A stretch of DNA of 64,000 nucleotides, from contig OY969807.1 in the NCBI GenBank assembly GCA_963703285.1, positions 416,001 through 480,000 on the forward strand, read 5' to 3'. The stretch comes from an uncultured Nitrososphaerota archaeon (lineage in GTDB: Archaea > Thermoproteota > Nitrososphaeria > Nitrososphaerales > Gagatemarchaeaceae). The translations under genes and the position numbers were made by a program. The notes beneath the pieces are model-generated. The model did not search any database. It saw only the letters and a list, made by a program, of their open reading frames with translations, and was not told where the DNA came from. Shown here in pieces: positions 27,826 to 38,114 of the stretch (position 1 is the stretch's first letter; every line of letters starts with the position of its first letter).

Positions 27826-29421
27826 TTGACGAGTCCCGAAAGGGGAGCTTTCGTACGCGAGGCGACGGGCCTCACGCGGCAGATCAGCGGTTTCGACGCA
27901 TTCCTCGGAAACATCCTCGCCATGGGGATCGCCTACTTCTTCGTATTCGAGTTCTTCGCGACGCTCCTCTTCCCGGGCGTAGACCTGCCCATCACGATCC
28001 TGGTGACGCTGATACCGGGGCTCGTGGTCGCTCTCCTCTACTACCTCTTCACGGTCGCGATGCCCAGGACTGGCGGGGACTACGTTTGGACCAGCAGGGC
28101 TATCGGCGCCCCCCTCGGCTTCATGACCAACTTCGTCCTGACGTTCACCTGGTTGGCGAGCCTCGCGACGGCCGTCGCCTGGGGGATCAGCTACGGGGTC
28201 ATCCCGAGCCTGGCGGCGGTCGGAATGGTACAGAGCAACTCGGGACTGATCAGCCTGGCGAGCTCACTGGCGAAACCTGACACCGCGTTCGGGATATCCT
28301 GCGTCCTGATAATCGTCTTCATCCTTCCGATAATGTTCGGCACGAGGGTGGCGTTCCGCGTCATGCTCGCCATGTTCCTGATTTCGCTGGCCGGAGCCCT
28401 GGTGACGGTGGCGGCCTACTTCTCGGCCCCGAACGCCACCTTCATCGCGAACTTCAACCACTACTCGGGGATGAACTATGCGAACGCGATAACGACCGCA
28501 GCGCTCCCTCTGGGCTTCGTGGCGTCGGCCACGGTGGTCGGCTCGATATTCACCATGACCAACTTCCTGGGCTTCTTCAGCTCGGCGTACTTCTCGGGCG
28601 AGGTGAAGAGGGTCCAGCGCTCGCAGGTCTACGCGATGTTCGGCTCGCTCCTCTTCCTGATGGTGATCGCGTTCCTAATCTACGGCTCGGCGTACTACTC
28701 GGCGGGCTCTAGCTTCCTCAACGCCATCTCGCTCCTCTACGTAACCGGGAAGACCTACACGCTCCCGGCGGTCCCGACGCTGAACTTCCTGGTCGCCTTC
28801 GCGAGCCCCAACCCGGTGGTGATAATGCTCTCCGGGATAGCGCTCCTTGCGACCGGCCTCGGCGGCGCGACGCTGTTCGCCTTCGTGTGCGTCAGGAACC
28901 TGTTCTCGTGGTCCTTCGACAGGGTGATGCCGACCGCGCTCACGCGCCTCGACTCGAAGAGGGGGAGCCCGAACTACGCCGTGGCGGTCATCCTCGTCGT
29001 GGCCATAGTCCTGGAGGCGGTCTACTACTTCAGCTCGTTCTTCACCTACTACGTCTTCGCGACGCTGAACCTGTTCATCGTCTTCACGATGGTCTCGATA
29101 GCGGCGATAGTCTTCCCGTACAAGCTGAAGAACGTCTTCGAGAACTCTCCGGCGATAGTGAAGAAGAAGATCGGGTCCGTCCCCGCGATAACCGTCCTCG
29201 GCGTCGTCGGGGTGGTGGTCAACGTCTTCTTCGGGTACGAGACCACCAACCCATTGATCAGCACGCCCCCGAGCGGGACCATACTCGTCCAGTACCTCTC
29301 GTACGCGACGGTGCCCCTGACGATAGTCGCCGGCCTGGTCATCTACGCGATCGCGTACTACGTCCGCCGCGGTCAGGGGATACAGCTCGGGGCCGCCTTC
29401 AAGGAGATTCCGCCGGAGTAA
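27826..29421 (+). CDS. APC-family amino acid permease
   Basis: FVREATGLTR, AMPRTGGDYVW, FSGEVK, about 12 hydrophobic segments; TTG start inferred. Confidence 0.9.
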   Translation: MTSPERGAFVREATGLTRQISGFDAFLGNILAMGIAYFFVFEFFATLLFPGVDLPITILVTLIPGLVVALLYYLFTVAMPRTGGDYVWTSRAIGAPLGFMTNFVLTFTWLASLATAVAWGISYGVIPSLAAVGMVQSNSGLISLASSLAKPDTAFGISCVLIIVFILPIMFGTRVAFRVMLAMFLISLAGALVTVAAYFSAPNATFIANFNHYSGMNYANAITTAALPLGFVASATVVGSIFTMTNFLGFFSSAYFSGEVKRVQRSQVYAMFGSLLFLMVIAFLIYGSAYYSAGSSFLNAISLLYVTGKTYTLPAVPTLNFLVAFASPNPVVIMLSGIALLATGLGGATLFAFVCVRNLFSWSFDRVMPTALTRLDSKRGSPNYAVAVILVVAIVLEAVYYFSSFFTYYVFATLNLFIVFTMVSIAAIVFPYKLKNVFENSPAIVKKKIGSVPAITVLGVVGVVVNVFFGYETTNPLISTPPSGTILVQYLSYATVPLTIVAGLVIYAIAYYVRRGQGIQLGAAFKEIPPE

Positions 29422-29425
29422 TGGG

Positions 29426-30328
29426 TTGGCCGGCTCGAGACCCGGGCGCATCAAGAAGACCGAAGGGAAGGTCAAGGTCCTCGGGTTCGGCCTCTACTAC
29501 AAGGTCTTCACGCCTCCCTCGCCGAGGGGGACCGTCGTCTGCCTCCACGGAAGGCCCGGCGCGACCCACGACTACCTCCTCCCGCTCAGGGACCTGGCCC
29601 GGTCGGGGTGGAGGGTCGTCTTCTACGACCAGCTGGGCTGCGGGATGTCGGAGCTCCCACGGGACCACGCCCTCTTCACGATCGAGCGCGCGGTAGAGGA
29701 CCTCGAGGAGTTCAGGAAGACGATGGGCCTCGGCAGGGTCCACCTCATGGGTTCGAGCTACGGGGGGATGCTCGCCCTGGCGTACGCGCTGAAGTATCAG
29801 AGGAACCTGAAGAGCCTGATCACCACGGGGGGCATCGCGAGCATACCGCTCGCCATCGAGGAGATGCAGCGTCTCAAGCATGAGCTCCCGCCGGCGGTCC
29901 TCCGCACCATGGCCAGGTATGAGGCGCAGGGCGCCTACGAGGACCCGAACTACGAGAGGGCTGTGATGGTCTTCTACAAGAGGCACCTTCTCCGGAGGAA
30001 GCACTGGCCCAAGGAGCAGGAGTACACGATGTCTCACATGAGCAAGCCGGTCTATGGGACGATGAACGGCCCGAACGAGTTCACGATAATCGGGAACATA
30101 CGCTACTGGGACGTCACCGAGAGGCTACACGAGGTCAGGGTCGCCACCCTCGTCACCGGCGGGCGCTACGACGAGGTGACCCCCAGGGTGGCGAGGGGCA
30201 TCCACGACCACATCAGGGGCTCCAAGCTGGTCATCTTCGAGAAGAGCTCGCACCTCGCCATGTGGGAGGAGCGCCGGCGCTACATGCGGACGCTGGATCG
30301 ATTCATGGGCTCGGCTTCGCGGCGTTAG
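29426..30328 (+). CDS. Proline iminopeptidase (tricorn F1-like, S33)
   Basis: HGRPG, YDQLGCG, GSSYGG, MNGPNEF, GRYDEVTP. Confidence 0.92.
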   Translation: MAGSRPGRIKKTEGKVKVLGFGLYYKVFTPPSPRGTVVCLHGRPGATHDYLLPLRDLARSGWRVVFYDQLGCGMSELPRDHALFTIERAVEDLEEFRKTMGLGRVHLMGSSYGGMLALAYALKYQRNLKSLITTGGIASIPLAIEEMQRLKHELPPAVLRTMARYEAQGAYEDPNYERAVMVFYKRHLLRRKHWPKEQEYTMSHMSKPVYGTMNGPNEFTIIGNIRYWDVTERLHEVRVATLVTGGRYDEVTPRVARGIHDHIRGSKLVIFEKSSHLAMWEERRRYMRTLDRFMGSASRR

Positions 30329-31130
30329 GGGGTTCCATCGCGTCGTGGTTCTTGAGCCACCAGCGCGCTATCTCCTCGGCCGTCGCGACCCAGACTCCCT
30401 CGTGGGACTTCACGTGCGCTATGATCTTCTCGAGGGCCCTGCTCGCCGCCGGCCTCCCGGTCACCAGAGGGTGCATGGTGAGGCAGTAGAACTTCCCCTC
30501 CTCGTAAAGGACGTCGAACTCGTCCCTCCAGAGCTCGAAGACCTCCTGCGGGGAGTACCCCCTCTCCACGTAGTTGTCGAAGTCGTCCAGGGTGACCGCG
30601 CTCGGGAGCTCGACTATGCCGGAGTCCTTGAAGCTGTGGACGTATGGCAGGTCGTTGTCGAGCGCGTCGCCCCTCCAGATGAACCCTCCGAGTTCGTGCA
30701 GCAGCCTCACCGTGTCTTTGCTGGGGTTCCAGTCGGGAGTCCTGTGCCCCACCGGCTTCCTCCCCGTTATCCTCTGTACTATCTCGACGGTCTTCCTGAT
30801 GTCCTCCTTCTCGTCCTCGGCCTTCATGTTGTAGTAGGGCCGGTGGTCCCATCCGTGGACGGCCAGCTCGTGCCCCTCCGACTGGATGAGCTTCACGACA
30901 TCGGGTCGCTTCTCCGCGGTCTTGCCCACCATGCAGAAGGTGGCCTTGACCTGGTGCCTCGCCAGGACCCGCAAGACCCTCTGCGTGCCCGCGTTCATGT
31001 CGTAGTAGCCCTGGCTCAGGTAGAACATCTTCTCCGCGCCGTAAGCGTCTATTATGCCCGACTCGTCGTCGTTGTCGAACGTGAAGACAGCCGCGCATCT
31101 CACGCCGGGTGGCCAGACGGTCTCGTTCAA
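30303..31130 (-). CDS. Polysaccharide deacetylase family protein
   Basis: WPPGVRCAAVFTFDND, GHELAVHGWDH, LTMHP. Confidence 0.88.
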   Translation of the reverse strand: MNETVWPPGVRCAAVFTFDNDDESGIIDAYGAEKMFYLSQGYYDMNAGTQRVLRVLARHQVKATFCMVGKTAEKRPDVVKLIQSEGHELAVHGWDHRPYYNMKAEDEKEDIRKTVEIVQRITGRKPVGHRTPDWNPSKDTVRLLHELGGFIWRGDALDNDLPYVHSFKDSGIVELPSAVTLDDFDNYVERGYSPQEVFELWRDEFDVLYEEGKFYCLTMHPLVTGRPAASRALEKIIAHVKSHEGVWVATAEEIARWWLKNHDAMEPPNAAKPSP

Positions 31131-31212
31131 GGCTGCGTCCTTCGACCGCCGACCCCGGATTTGAGCTTTTGCCTCCCCGGCAGCGATGCGGGGAGGACGG
31201 AGGCGAGGTGCC

Positions 31213-32070
31213 TTACCTCTCGATGGGCGTACCGACCGAGTTCCCCCACTCCGTCCAAGAACCGTCGTAGTTCCTGACGTTGGGGTATCCCAGCAGGTAG
31301 GTGAGCACGAACCAGCTGTGGGACGACCTCTCGCCGATCCTGCAGTAGGTTATGACCTCCTTCTCGGGGGCGACACCCTTCGCGGCGTACAGGGCCAATA
31401 TCTCTTCCCTTGTCTTGAAGGTGCCGTCGGCGTCGTTGACGGTCTGCACCCACGGGACGTTCTTGGCGCCGGGGATGTGCCCGCCCCGCTGGGCGTGCTC
31501 CGTCGGATACTCCGGGGGCGCGAGTATCTCTCCGCTGAACTCCTTGGGGCCCCTGACGTCTACGAATACCTTGTCGCCCCTGCCGATCGCCTTCAGCACC
31601 TCGTCCTTGTAGGCCCTCAGCCTCTGGTTGGCGCCGGCGGCCCTGAAGTCGGTCTTTGGATACGAGGGCACGTCCTTCGTCACCGGCCTGTCCTCGAGGA
31701 GCCACTTCTTCCTTCCGCCGTTGATTATCTTGACCTTCTCCACTCCGTAGTACTTGAAGACCCAGAAGGCGAAGGCCGCGAACCAGTTGTTGAAATCGCC
31801 GTAGAGGACGACCCACGTGTCCTTGGTTATGCCAGCGCCGCTGAAGAGCTCATCGAGTTGCTCTCTGCTCAGTATGTCCCTCCTCAGAGGGTCATTGATG
31901 TCCTTCTTCCAGTCGAAGAGGACCGCGCCCGGTATGTGCCCTATGGCGTAGTTCGCCGCGGGGTCGTAGTCGACCTCGGCGACCCGCACGTCGGCGTCCT
32001 TCAGGTGCTCGACAAGCCAGGTCGTCTCGACCAGCACCTCGGGGTGAGCATAGTTTCGAGTGGCACTCAT
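31213..32070 (-). CDS. Two-domain rhodanese / thiosulfate sulfurtransferase
   Basis: GHIPGA twice, active-site YCRIGERSS, YDGSWTEW. Confidence 0.95.
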   Translation of the reverse strand: MSATRNYAHPEVLVETTWLVEHLKDADVRVAEVDYDPAANYAIGHIPGAVLFDWKKDINDPLRRDILSREQLDELFSGAGITKDTWVVLYGDFNNWFAAFAFWVFKYYGVEKVKIINGGRKKWLLEDRPVTKDVPSYPKTDFRAAGANQRLRAYKDEVLKAIGRGDKVFVDVRGPKEFSGEILAPPEYPTEHAQRGGHIPGAKNVPWVQTVNDADGTFKTREEILALYAAKGVAPEKEVITYCRIGERSSHSWFVLTYLLGYPNVRNYDGSWTEWGNSVGTPIER

Positions 32071-32131
32071 AATTGATAGGAGAAATTATTCGCTATATTA
32101 ATTATTTTGCTCATGTTATTCTGCTGCGAAT

Positions 32132-33514
32132 ATGAACGGGACGCCTAGTGGTGACTCCAAGGATTTATCTCCACCGTCGCCTAGCGCCCTCACCGTGGAC
32201 GAACTTGCGGGGTATCGCGGGCCGGCCCTCGAGAGGCTAGAGGCTGTCGGCGCGAAGATCGGAGACCTCGTCGAGCTGCGTCTGCGCGACGATACGATAA
32301 GGGGCACCCTCGTCCCCCGGTACCAGAGCAACGACGACTCGCACATCGTCATCAAGCTGAAGAGCGGCTACAACGTCGGCATCGGGATAGAGCGGGTGTC
32401 GGGCATATTGGTCCTCGCGGAGGGTGAGAAGCCCGCCTTCACGTCCAATCCTCCCGGGGCCAAGCACGGGCTCCCCCGCGTCTCGATACTGGGCACCGGC
32501 GGCACCATCGCCAGCCGTGTCGACTACAGGACCGGCGCGGTTCGCCCGGCGATATCATCCGAGGACCTCTACTCCCTCATGCCCGAGCTATCGGAGATCG
32601 CGGAGGTGTCCCCGGAGATAGTCGTCACGGCCCTGAGCGAGAACCTCGAGCCGAGCCACTGGGGGAAGATCGCGGAGAAGGTCGCCGGGTCGGTTGCGGC
32701 CGGGGCCCGCGGCGTGGTCGTCACGACGGGCACGGACGTCATGGGCTACACGAGCGCCGCGCTGAGCTTCGCCCTCCAGGGGGTTCCCGTCCCGGTGCTC
32801 GTCGTGGGCTCCCAGCGGTCCTCCGACAGGCCCTCCTCCGATGCCTACCTGAACCTCATGGGAGCGGTCTCGATGGCCGTGACCGCGGAGTTCTCGGGCG
32901 TCTACGTCGTCATGCACGCAAACACGAGCGACGAACTCCTCGCGGTGCATCTGGGGACGAGGGTGAGGAAGAACCACACCAGCGCGCGGGACGCGTTCCA
33001 GTCGGTCGGGAGGGACCCCGTGGCGTTCTGGACGCGCGGGGGCCTCCAGCAGGTCTCCGGAGGCCTCCCTCCTAGGGAGTCCGCGCGCTTCTCCGCGAAG
33101 CCCGCCTTCGAGCCTGCCGTCGCTCTCCTGAAGTTCTACCCCTCGATGCCGACGTCCCACCTGGAGGCGATCACCGGCGGGGGTCTGAGGGGCCTAGTCA
33201 TCGAGGGTTCCGGTCTGGGGCACGTCAACAGCAAGAACATCGCGGCGCTCAGGCGCTACATAGAGACGGGGGGCCTGGTCTGCATGACCTCGCAGTGCGT
33301 CTGGGGCCGGGTCGACATGAACGTCTACGACAACGGGAGAGACCTGCTCGGCGCGGGCGTCGTGCCCTTGGAGGACATGCTCGCCGAGACCGCCCTCGCC
33401 AAGATGATGTGGGTTCTCGCCAACACGACGACCGTCGAGCAGGCGGGGTCCCTGATGAGGACGAGCCTGGCGGGCGAGATCAACGAAAGGTCGATGCCGA
33501 GCCGATCAGCATGA
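32132..33514 (+). CDS. gatD: Glu-tRNA(Gln) amidotransferase subunit D
   Basis: KLKSGYNVG, TGGTIASRVDYRTG, SQRSSDRPSSD; true start may be GTG ~32195. Confidence 0.95.
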   Translation: MNGTPSGDSKDLSPPSPSALTVDELAGYRGPALERLEAVGAKIGDLVELRLRDDTIRGTLVPRYQSNDDSHIVIKLKSGYNVGIGIERVSGILVLAEGEKPAFTSNPPGAKHGLPRVSILGTGGTIASRVDYRTGAVRPAISSEDLYSLMPELSEIAEVSPEIVVTALSENLEPSHWGKIAEKVAGSVAAGARGVVVTTGTDVMGYTSAALSFALQGVPVPVLVVGSQRSSDRPSSDAYLNLMGAVSMAVTAEFSGVYVVMHANTSDELLAVHLGTRVRKNHTSARDAFQSVGRDPVAFWTRGGLQQVSGGLPPRESARFSAKPAFEPAVALLKFYPSMPTSHLEAITGGGLRGLVIEGSGLGHVNSKNIAALRRYIETGGLVCMTSQCVWGRVDMNVYDNGRDLLGAGVVPLEDMLAETALAKMMWVLANTTTVEQAGSLMRTSLAGEINERSMPSRSA

Positions 33515-35418
33515 CACTGCCCTTCGACCCATCCGAGGCGGGGATGAAGGTGGGCATCGAGATACACCAGCAGCTCGCCACGACGAAGAAGCTCTTCTGC
33601 CCTTGCCCCGTTGTCAAGTCCTCGGAGCTCCCGCTCTCCTTCGAGAGGAGGCTCAGGCCGAGCCAGAGCGAGCTCGGAAGGATCGACCCAGCGGCGGTCT
33701 TCGAGTTCAACAAGGGCAAAGCGAACAGGTACATGTGGAATCCGGAGTCGTCCTGCCTCGTTGAGGCGGACGAGGAACCACCCCACGCCATGAACCGCGA
33801 CGCCATAGGGATCGGCCTGCTCATCTCCTCGATGCTGGGCGCCAGGGCCATCGAGGAGATTCACGTCATGAGGAAGATCGTCATCGACGGGTCGAACACC
33901 TCGGGCTTCCAGAGGACCGCCGTGGTCGGGCTGGGTGGGCGCCTGGCGTTCGACGGGAAGTCCGTCGGCGTGCAGTCGGTCACGGTCGAGGAGGACTCCG
34001 CCAGGGTCCTCGGCGAGGAGCCCGGCTTCAGGTCGTTCGCACTGGATAGGCTCGGTGTGCCTCTGGTCGAGATCGCGCTCGACCCGCTGGTCGGCTTCCC
34101 CGAGGACGTCGAGAGCGCCGCGCTCCAACTAGGGAGGGCGCTGAGGTCGACCGGCAAGGTCGCACGCGGGCTCGGGACGATCAGGCAGGACCTCAACGTC
34201 TCTGTCATGGGGGGCGAGGTCGTGGAGGTGAAGGGCGTCCAGAAGCTGAACCTCATAGCGAAGGTGGTCCGGTACGAGGGCCTGCGGCAGGTGGGCCTCA
34301 TCCGCATCGCGGAGGAGATCAAGGGGCGCGGAATAGCATCGGTGAGCTGCCGCGTGGTCGAAGCGACATCGCACCTCCCATCGAGCTCCTCCCCGATAGT
34401 CAGGAAGGCGGTGCACGACGGGGGCGACGTGCTCTGCGTCGTCGCAGGAGGGCTCGCGGGCATCCTCGGCTTCGAGCCCTTCCCGGGGATAAGGCTCGGG
34501 AAAGAGCTCGCCGAGATAGCGAGGACAAACTCGCTGGGCGGCGTCATCCACTCGGACGAGTTCCGAAAGCAGAGGATCTCGGAGGCCGAGGAGTCTGCCC
34601 TCAGGAGGGCGACGGGTGCTTCTGAGAAGGATGGCCTCGTCCTGGTCGCGGGCCCACGGGAGAGCACCTCCGTGGTCGCATCTCTCCTGGCCGAGAGGCT
34701 GGAGGCCGCGGCGAGGGGGGTCCCCAAGGAGACCCGGGCGGCGACCGAGGAGGGGGAGACGAGGTACCTCAGGCCGCGTCCGGGGGCAGCCAGGATGTAC
34801 CCGGAGACGGACATACCAGAGATCGTGATCACCGAGGCCTGGATGGCCGAGATAGAAGGCGCCATCCCCGTGCCGTGGGAGGAGAAGGTCCGGTCCTACG
34901 TCGACCTGTACTCGCTCAGCCCCGACCTCTCCCTCCGGTTGTACGATTCCGGTGACGCACCGCTCTTCGAGAAGCTCGCCGACGTGCTGAGCCTGGACCG
35001 GTCCGTCGTTGCGTCCATCCTTGTGGAGCTGCCAGCACGTCTCGCGAGAGAGGGGCTGGACGAGAGCAGGATCACCGAGCTTCAGCTGACTGAGCTGCTC
35101 ACATCCCTGGACAGGGGTGAGTTTGCGAAGGAGGCCGCCGTCGAGGTACTCCGGGAGGTCGCGGGAGGAGGGGCGGCGACGGTCGGGGAGGCGGTCAAGA
35201 AGCTCAAGCTGTCGCACCTCCCCGAGGAGGAGCTGCGGGCGACCATAGACAGGGTCGTGCGTGACAATCGGTCCCTCATCGAGGAGAAGGGCGACCGTTC
35301 CTTCAGCGTGCTCATGGGAGAGGTGATGAAGACCGCGAGGGGGCGCGTCGACGGCGAGGTCGTCAGCCGGCTCCTCAGGGAGCGGATGGCCGAAACCCGT
35401 GAGAACTCGGCGGGATAG
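33511..35418 (+). CDS. gatE: Glu-tRNA(Gln) amidotransferase subunit E
   Basis: KVGIEIHQQL, MRKIVIDGSNTSGFQRT, RPRPGAARMYPETD. Confidence 0.96.
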   Translation: MTLPFDPSEAGMKVGIEIHQQLATTKKLFCPCPVVKSSELPLSFERRLRPSQSELGRIDPAAVFEFNKGKANRYMWNPESSCLVEADEEPPHAMNRDAIGIGLLISSMLGARAIEEIHVMRKIVIDGSNTSGFQRTAVVGLGGRLAFDGKSVGVQSVTVEEDSARVLGEEPGFRSFALDRLGVPLVEIALDPLVGFPEDVESAALQLGRALRSTGKVARGLGTIRQDLNVSVMGGEVVEVKGVQKLNLIAKVVRYEGLRQVGLIRIAEEIKGRGIASVSCRVVEATSHLPSSSSPIVRKAVHDGGDVLCVVAGGLAGILGFEPFPGIRLGKELAEIARTNSLGGVIHSDEFRKQRISEAEESALRRATGASEKDGLVLVAGPRESTSVVASLLAERLEAAARGVPKETRAATEEGETRYLRPRPGAARMYPETDIPEIVITEAWMAEIEGAIPVPWEEKVRSYVDLYSLSPDLSLRLYDSGDAPLFEKLADVLSLDRSVVASILVELPARLAREGLDESRITELQLTELLTSLDRGEFAKEAAVEVLREVAGGGAATVGEAVKKLKLSHLPEEELRATIDRVVRDNRSLIEEKGDRSFSVLMGEVMKTARGRVDGEVVSRLLRERMAETRENSAG

Positions 35419-35447
35419 ATTTTCGACGCAAAAGTTTAGAAACTCAG

Positions 35448-35993
35448 GTGGAGGGGTTCCTCGCGTTGTCATCAGATAGGATCAAGATTAGAGTCAGGTC
35501 GGGTCAGAACGAGGCAGAGATCGAGGCGGAGGCTGGAAGGATCAGGGAAGCCATCGAACTGATCCCCGAGATAGCGAGCAAACTACCAGAGAGCAGGCCC
35601 GACGTTCGCCGCGTCCTCTCTCCCAACGAACCGACCTCGGCCCAGCCGCCGGCAGACGTGCGGTCCGGCTCCGAACTTCCTGCGATCTCGATAGAGAAGG
35701 GGGACTCTCTCAGCGACGTCATCACGAAGTTCTTCGCCGACCAGTGGGGCAGGTCCCCCAGGAAGCTCTCTGAGGTCCGCGACGCCCTCCAGTCCTACGG
35801 GTTGAACTATCCAAAACAGTCAGTAGCGGTAGCGTTGCTGAGGCTCGCCAAGTCGTCGAGGATGAGGAGGTTCAAGAGCGAGGGCGGCGAGTACGTCTAC
35901 ACGACGTCGACGGCGATGATGCCATCTCAGGTCCTGATCCTCCCTGACACAGAGGAGGCGCAGCCAGCGGTCCAGAGCTCGGCAAACCTTTAA
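35448..35993 (+). CDS. Hypothetical protein: N-terminal beta-hairpin plus C-terminal winged helix
   Basis: WGRSPRKLSEVRDALQSYGLNYPKQSVAVALLRL wHTH-like pattern; host-like codon usage. Confidence 0.7.
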   Translation: MEGFLALSSDRIKIRVRSGQNEAEIEAEAGRIREAIELIPEIASKLPESRPDVRRVLSPNEPTSAQPPADVRSGSELPAISIEKGDSLSDVITKFFADQWGRSPRKLSEVRDALQSYGLNYPKQSVAVALLRLAKSSRMRRFKSEGGEYVYTTSTAMMPSQVLILPDTEEAQPAVQSSANL

Positions 35994-36028
35994 GCGCCGC
36001 AGGACCGGCTCGCTGAACCAGGTGTCGG

Positions 36029-36562
36029 TTGCAGTTGTCTAGCGAGAAGCCGCTCTCCATCTCCGTCGCCTACGGCGATGTGAAGGTCGATTTCTCAGGG
36101 TCTCCCGAGGTCGTGTTTCGCTCCCTCCACGAGTTCATCAGCAAGGAGATACCGAACATAGACCTCGCGAAGAGCATCTCCGTCAACTACTCGCTGAACG
36201 ACCTCGTCCAGATGTTCAAGGACTACATCCGCTTCACGGAGGAGGGGCCCCGGGTCTGGGTCCAGGACAGGAAGCTCAGCGACAAAGACGTCATCCTGCT
36301 ACAGCTCGCCGCTGCGAGGGCCGCCCGCCTCTCGGGGAAGGCTCAGCACGAGGACATGAGCGTCTCGGAGCTCGAGACCGCCACTTCCCTCAACCCGAAG
36401 ACGATCGGCTCCAGGCTGTCAGAGCTCAACAAGGCCGGCGCGGCGGAGCGCAGGGACGTGGACGGCACTGGGAGGTACAAGATCACGACGACCGGCGTCC
36501 ACTGGCTGCACACGCAGCTCCAGAAGAAGTTCCCGAAGGGCGCTCAGGTCCCGCCGGTCTGA
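36029..36562 (+). CDS. Hypothetical winged-helix protein
   Basis: MSVSELETATSLNPKTIGSRLSELNKAG..RYKIT wHTH pattern. Confidence 0.72.
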   Translation: MQLSSEKPLSISVAYGDVKVDFSGSPEVVFRSLHEFISKEIPNIDLAKSISVNYSLNDLVQMFKDYIRFTEEGPRVWVQDRKLSDKDVILLQLAAARAARLSGKAQHEDMSVSELETATSLNPKTIGSRLSELNKAGAAERRDVDGTGRYKITTTGVHWLHTQLQKKFPKGAQVPPV

Positions 36563-36969
36563 GCCGAGGGCCTCTTCTGCACGTACCTGTAATTCCTCAT
36601 CGTCCCGTCCCTCGAGAGCGTCCCCTCGCGCACGAGGTCCACGAGCGCGTGGGAGACGGCCGTCCTGTCGTAGTGGTATCCGCGCCTCGCCATCTCGTCG
36701 TGCACCTCGGAGAGCGCCCTCTCCGCCCCGAACCAACCCTCCTTCCACATCGTCTGTAGCAGCCCCCTGCAGGTCTCGAACCTCCTCTCGCCCTCTTCCT
36801 CGGTCCCGCCCTCCGGGGGCGCGATTGCGACCTCCTCCTTCGAGGCCATGCCCGCTATCACGCTCTCCACCGCCTGCTGGACCTTGTCCGCGGGCGAGGT
36901 GATCTCAATCTCCCATGCCCCCCTCTTGAGCTTCACGGTCACGTTGAGCGGCTGGGGGTCGGTAGACAA
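36544..36969 (-). CDS. Hypothetical winged-helix protein, paralog of 35448-35993
   Basis: WFGAERALSEVHDEMARRGYHYDRTAVSHALVDL; TTG start at 36969 inferred from upstream TATA box and purine-rich RBS. Confidence 0.72.
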   Translation of the reverse strand: MSTDPQPLNVTVKLKRGAWEIEITSPADKVQQAVESVIAGMASKEEVAIAPPEGGTEEEGERRFETCRGLLQTMWKEGWFGAERALSEVHDEMARRGYHYDRTAVSHALVDLVREGTLSRDGTMRNYRYVQKRPSAQTGGT

Positions 36970-36992
36970 AACGCTCCTATCCTTGTTGTTCC

Positions 36993-37116
36993 TGTTGCGC
37001 ATCTTGGGCGCCTTATTTAAGATGAGCCCGCAGAGGACCATGGATTCCTTATTGCGCAAGCGCATGTTGCGCAATACTTATAAAGCAAGATGCCGTAGCC
37101 CATGTTGCGCAACATG
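36993..37116. promoter_or_regulatory. Divergent promoter with four TGTTGCGCAACA-like palindromic operators
   Basis: Copies at 36993-37004, 37050-37061, 37065-37076 and perfect CATGTTGCGCAACATG at 37101-37116; TATA boxes at 37013-37020 (-) and 37078-37084 (+). Confidence 0.7.
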
Positions 37117-38108
37117 AGCACTCAACTTAAGGTCGCGACCGTGGTCAACGTGGACGCGCTTACCCTCCTTGCGAGCGAGTTCCGCGGGCAGTTCAACGAG
37201 GCCTCGGTGGTGATAAACGAGCGGCTCGTCGGCAGGCCATTCATATTCAACAGGGACGGGAAGGACACCTATCCGTTTGAGGGGTGGGAGGGCGGGTCCG
37301 AGGGCGAGGCACTCCTCATCGAAGCCTCCGCGGAGTCGGTGACCATAGCATCGACCGACTCGTCTTGCATCCTTCTTGGGGAGAGCTCGGACGGAGCCGT
37401 CTACGCGGTCCGCGCCGCCGTCTGCTTCGCTTGTCAGGGCTCCGTACAGGGCTACTTCAGGATAGGACCGATCATCGTCCACCTCTCTCCGCTCGGGTCG
37501 CTGGGCCTTCCCGCGAGGCTCGAAGGCTACGAGCTTAGGGTGGCGCTCTCGGACCACCTCATAGCCGAGAGGATCATCAGGAACGCGGTCGAGAAGAAGA
37601 TACTCGCCTCGCTCCTCTCGTTCCCCGGGAGGATGGTCGTCGTGGCCGACGGCTCTCTCAAGCACCCGCTCGACACCTTCCCCGCGTCGCTGCTGAGGGA
37701 CGAAGGGTCGGAGTCCCCCCTGGTCGGTTTCTCCAAGTCGAGCGGCATCATATCGTCCAACAGACTCTCGGCGCTCGTCTCCAGGGCGGCGGGCCCCGCC
37801 TACAGCACGGTCTCCGACGGTCCAGTCCAGACGCTGCTCGCGAAGTTCTCGAGGGACGGGCTCGTCTTCAGGCTCGACCTCGCCAGGACGGGGGGAGGGT
37901 CGGGGTGACGCTGGGCTGCATGCTATCCAACGACTCGTACAACGCAGGGTATCCCGAGTCTCTCCGTGTGGCGCACCACCTCTCGGTCTTCTCGAGGTGC
38001 GAGGACATGGCGCTCAAGGCCTACATCTCGAACAGGTACTCGCTCAAGCAGCTGAGGTCCTTCGGGCTCCGCAGGATAGCTCTGGGCGGGCTGAGCAACT
38101 CCGGGTGA
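37114..38108 (+). CDS. nurA: NurA-family nuclease, frameshifted near the G-run at 37890-37895
   Basis: VVADGSL, LVGFSKSS, FRLD, then GYPESLRVAH in the next frame; upstream of herA. Confidence 0.8.
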
Positions 38109-38114
38109 GCGTGG

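Noticed and set aside
32071-32131. Very AT-rich patch as a replication origin
   Set aside because: Short, no ORB repeats or cdc6 nearby; explained by divergent promoters
37885-37910. nurA split as a programmed frameshift
   Set aside because: It lies at a G6 run, the same signature as other indels in this assembly
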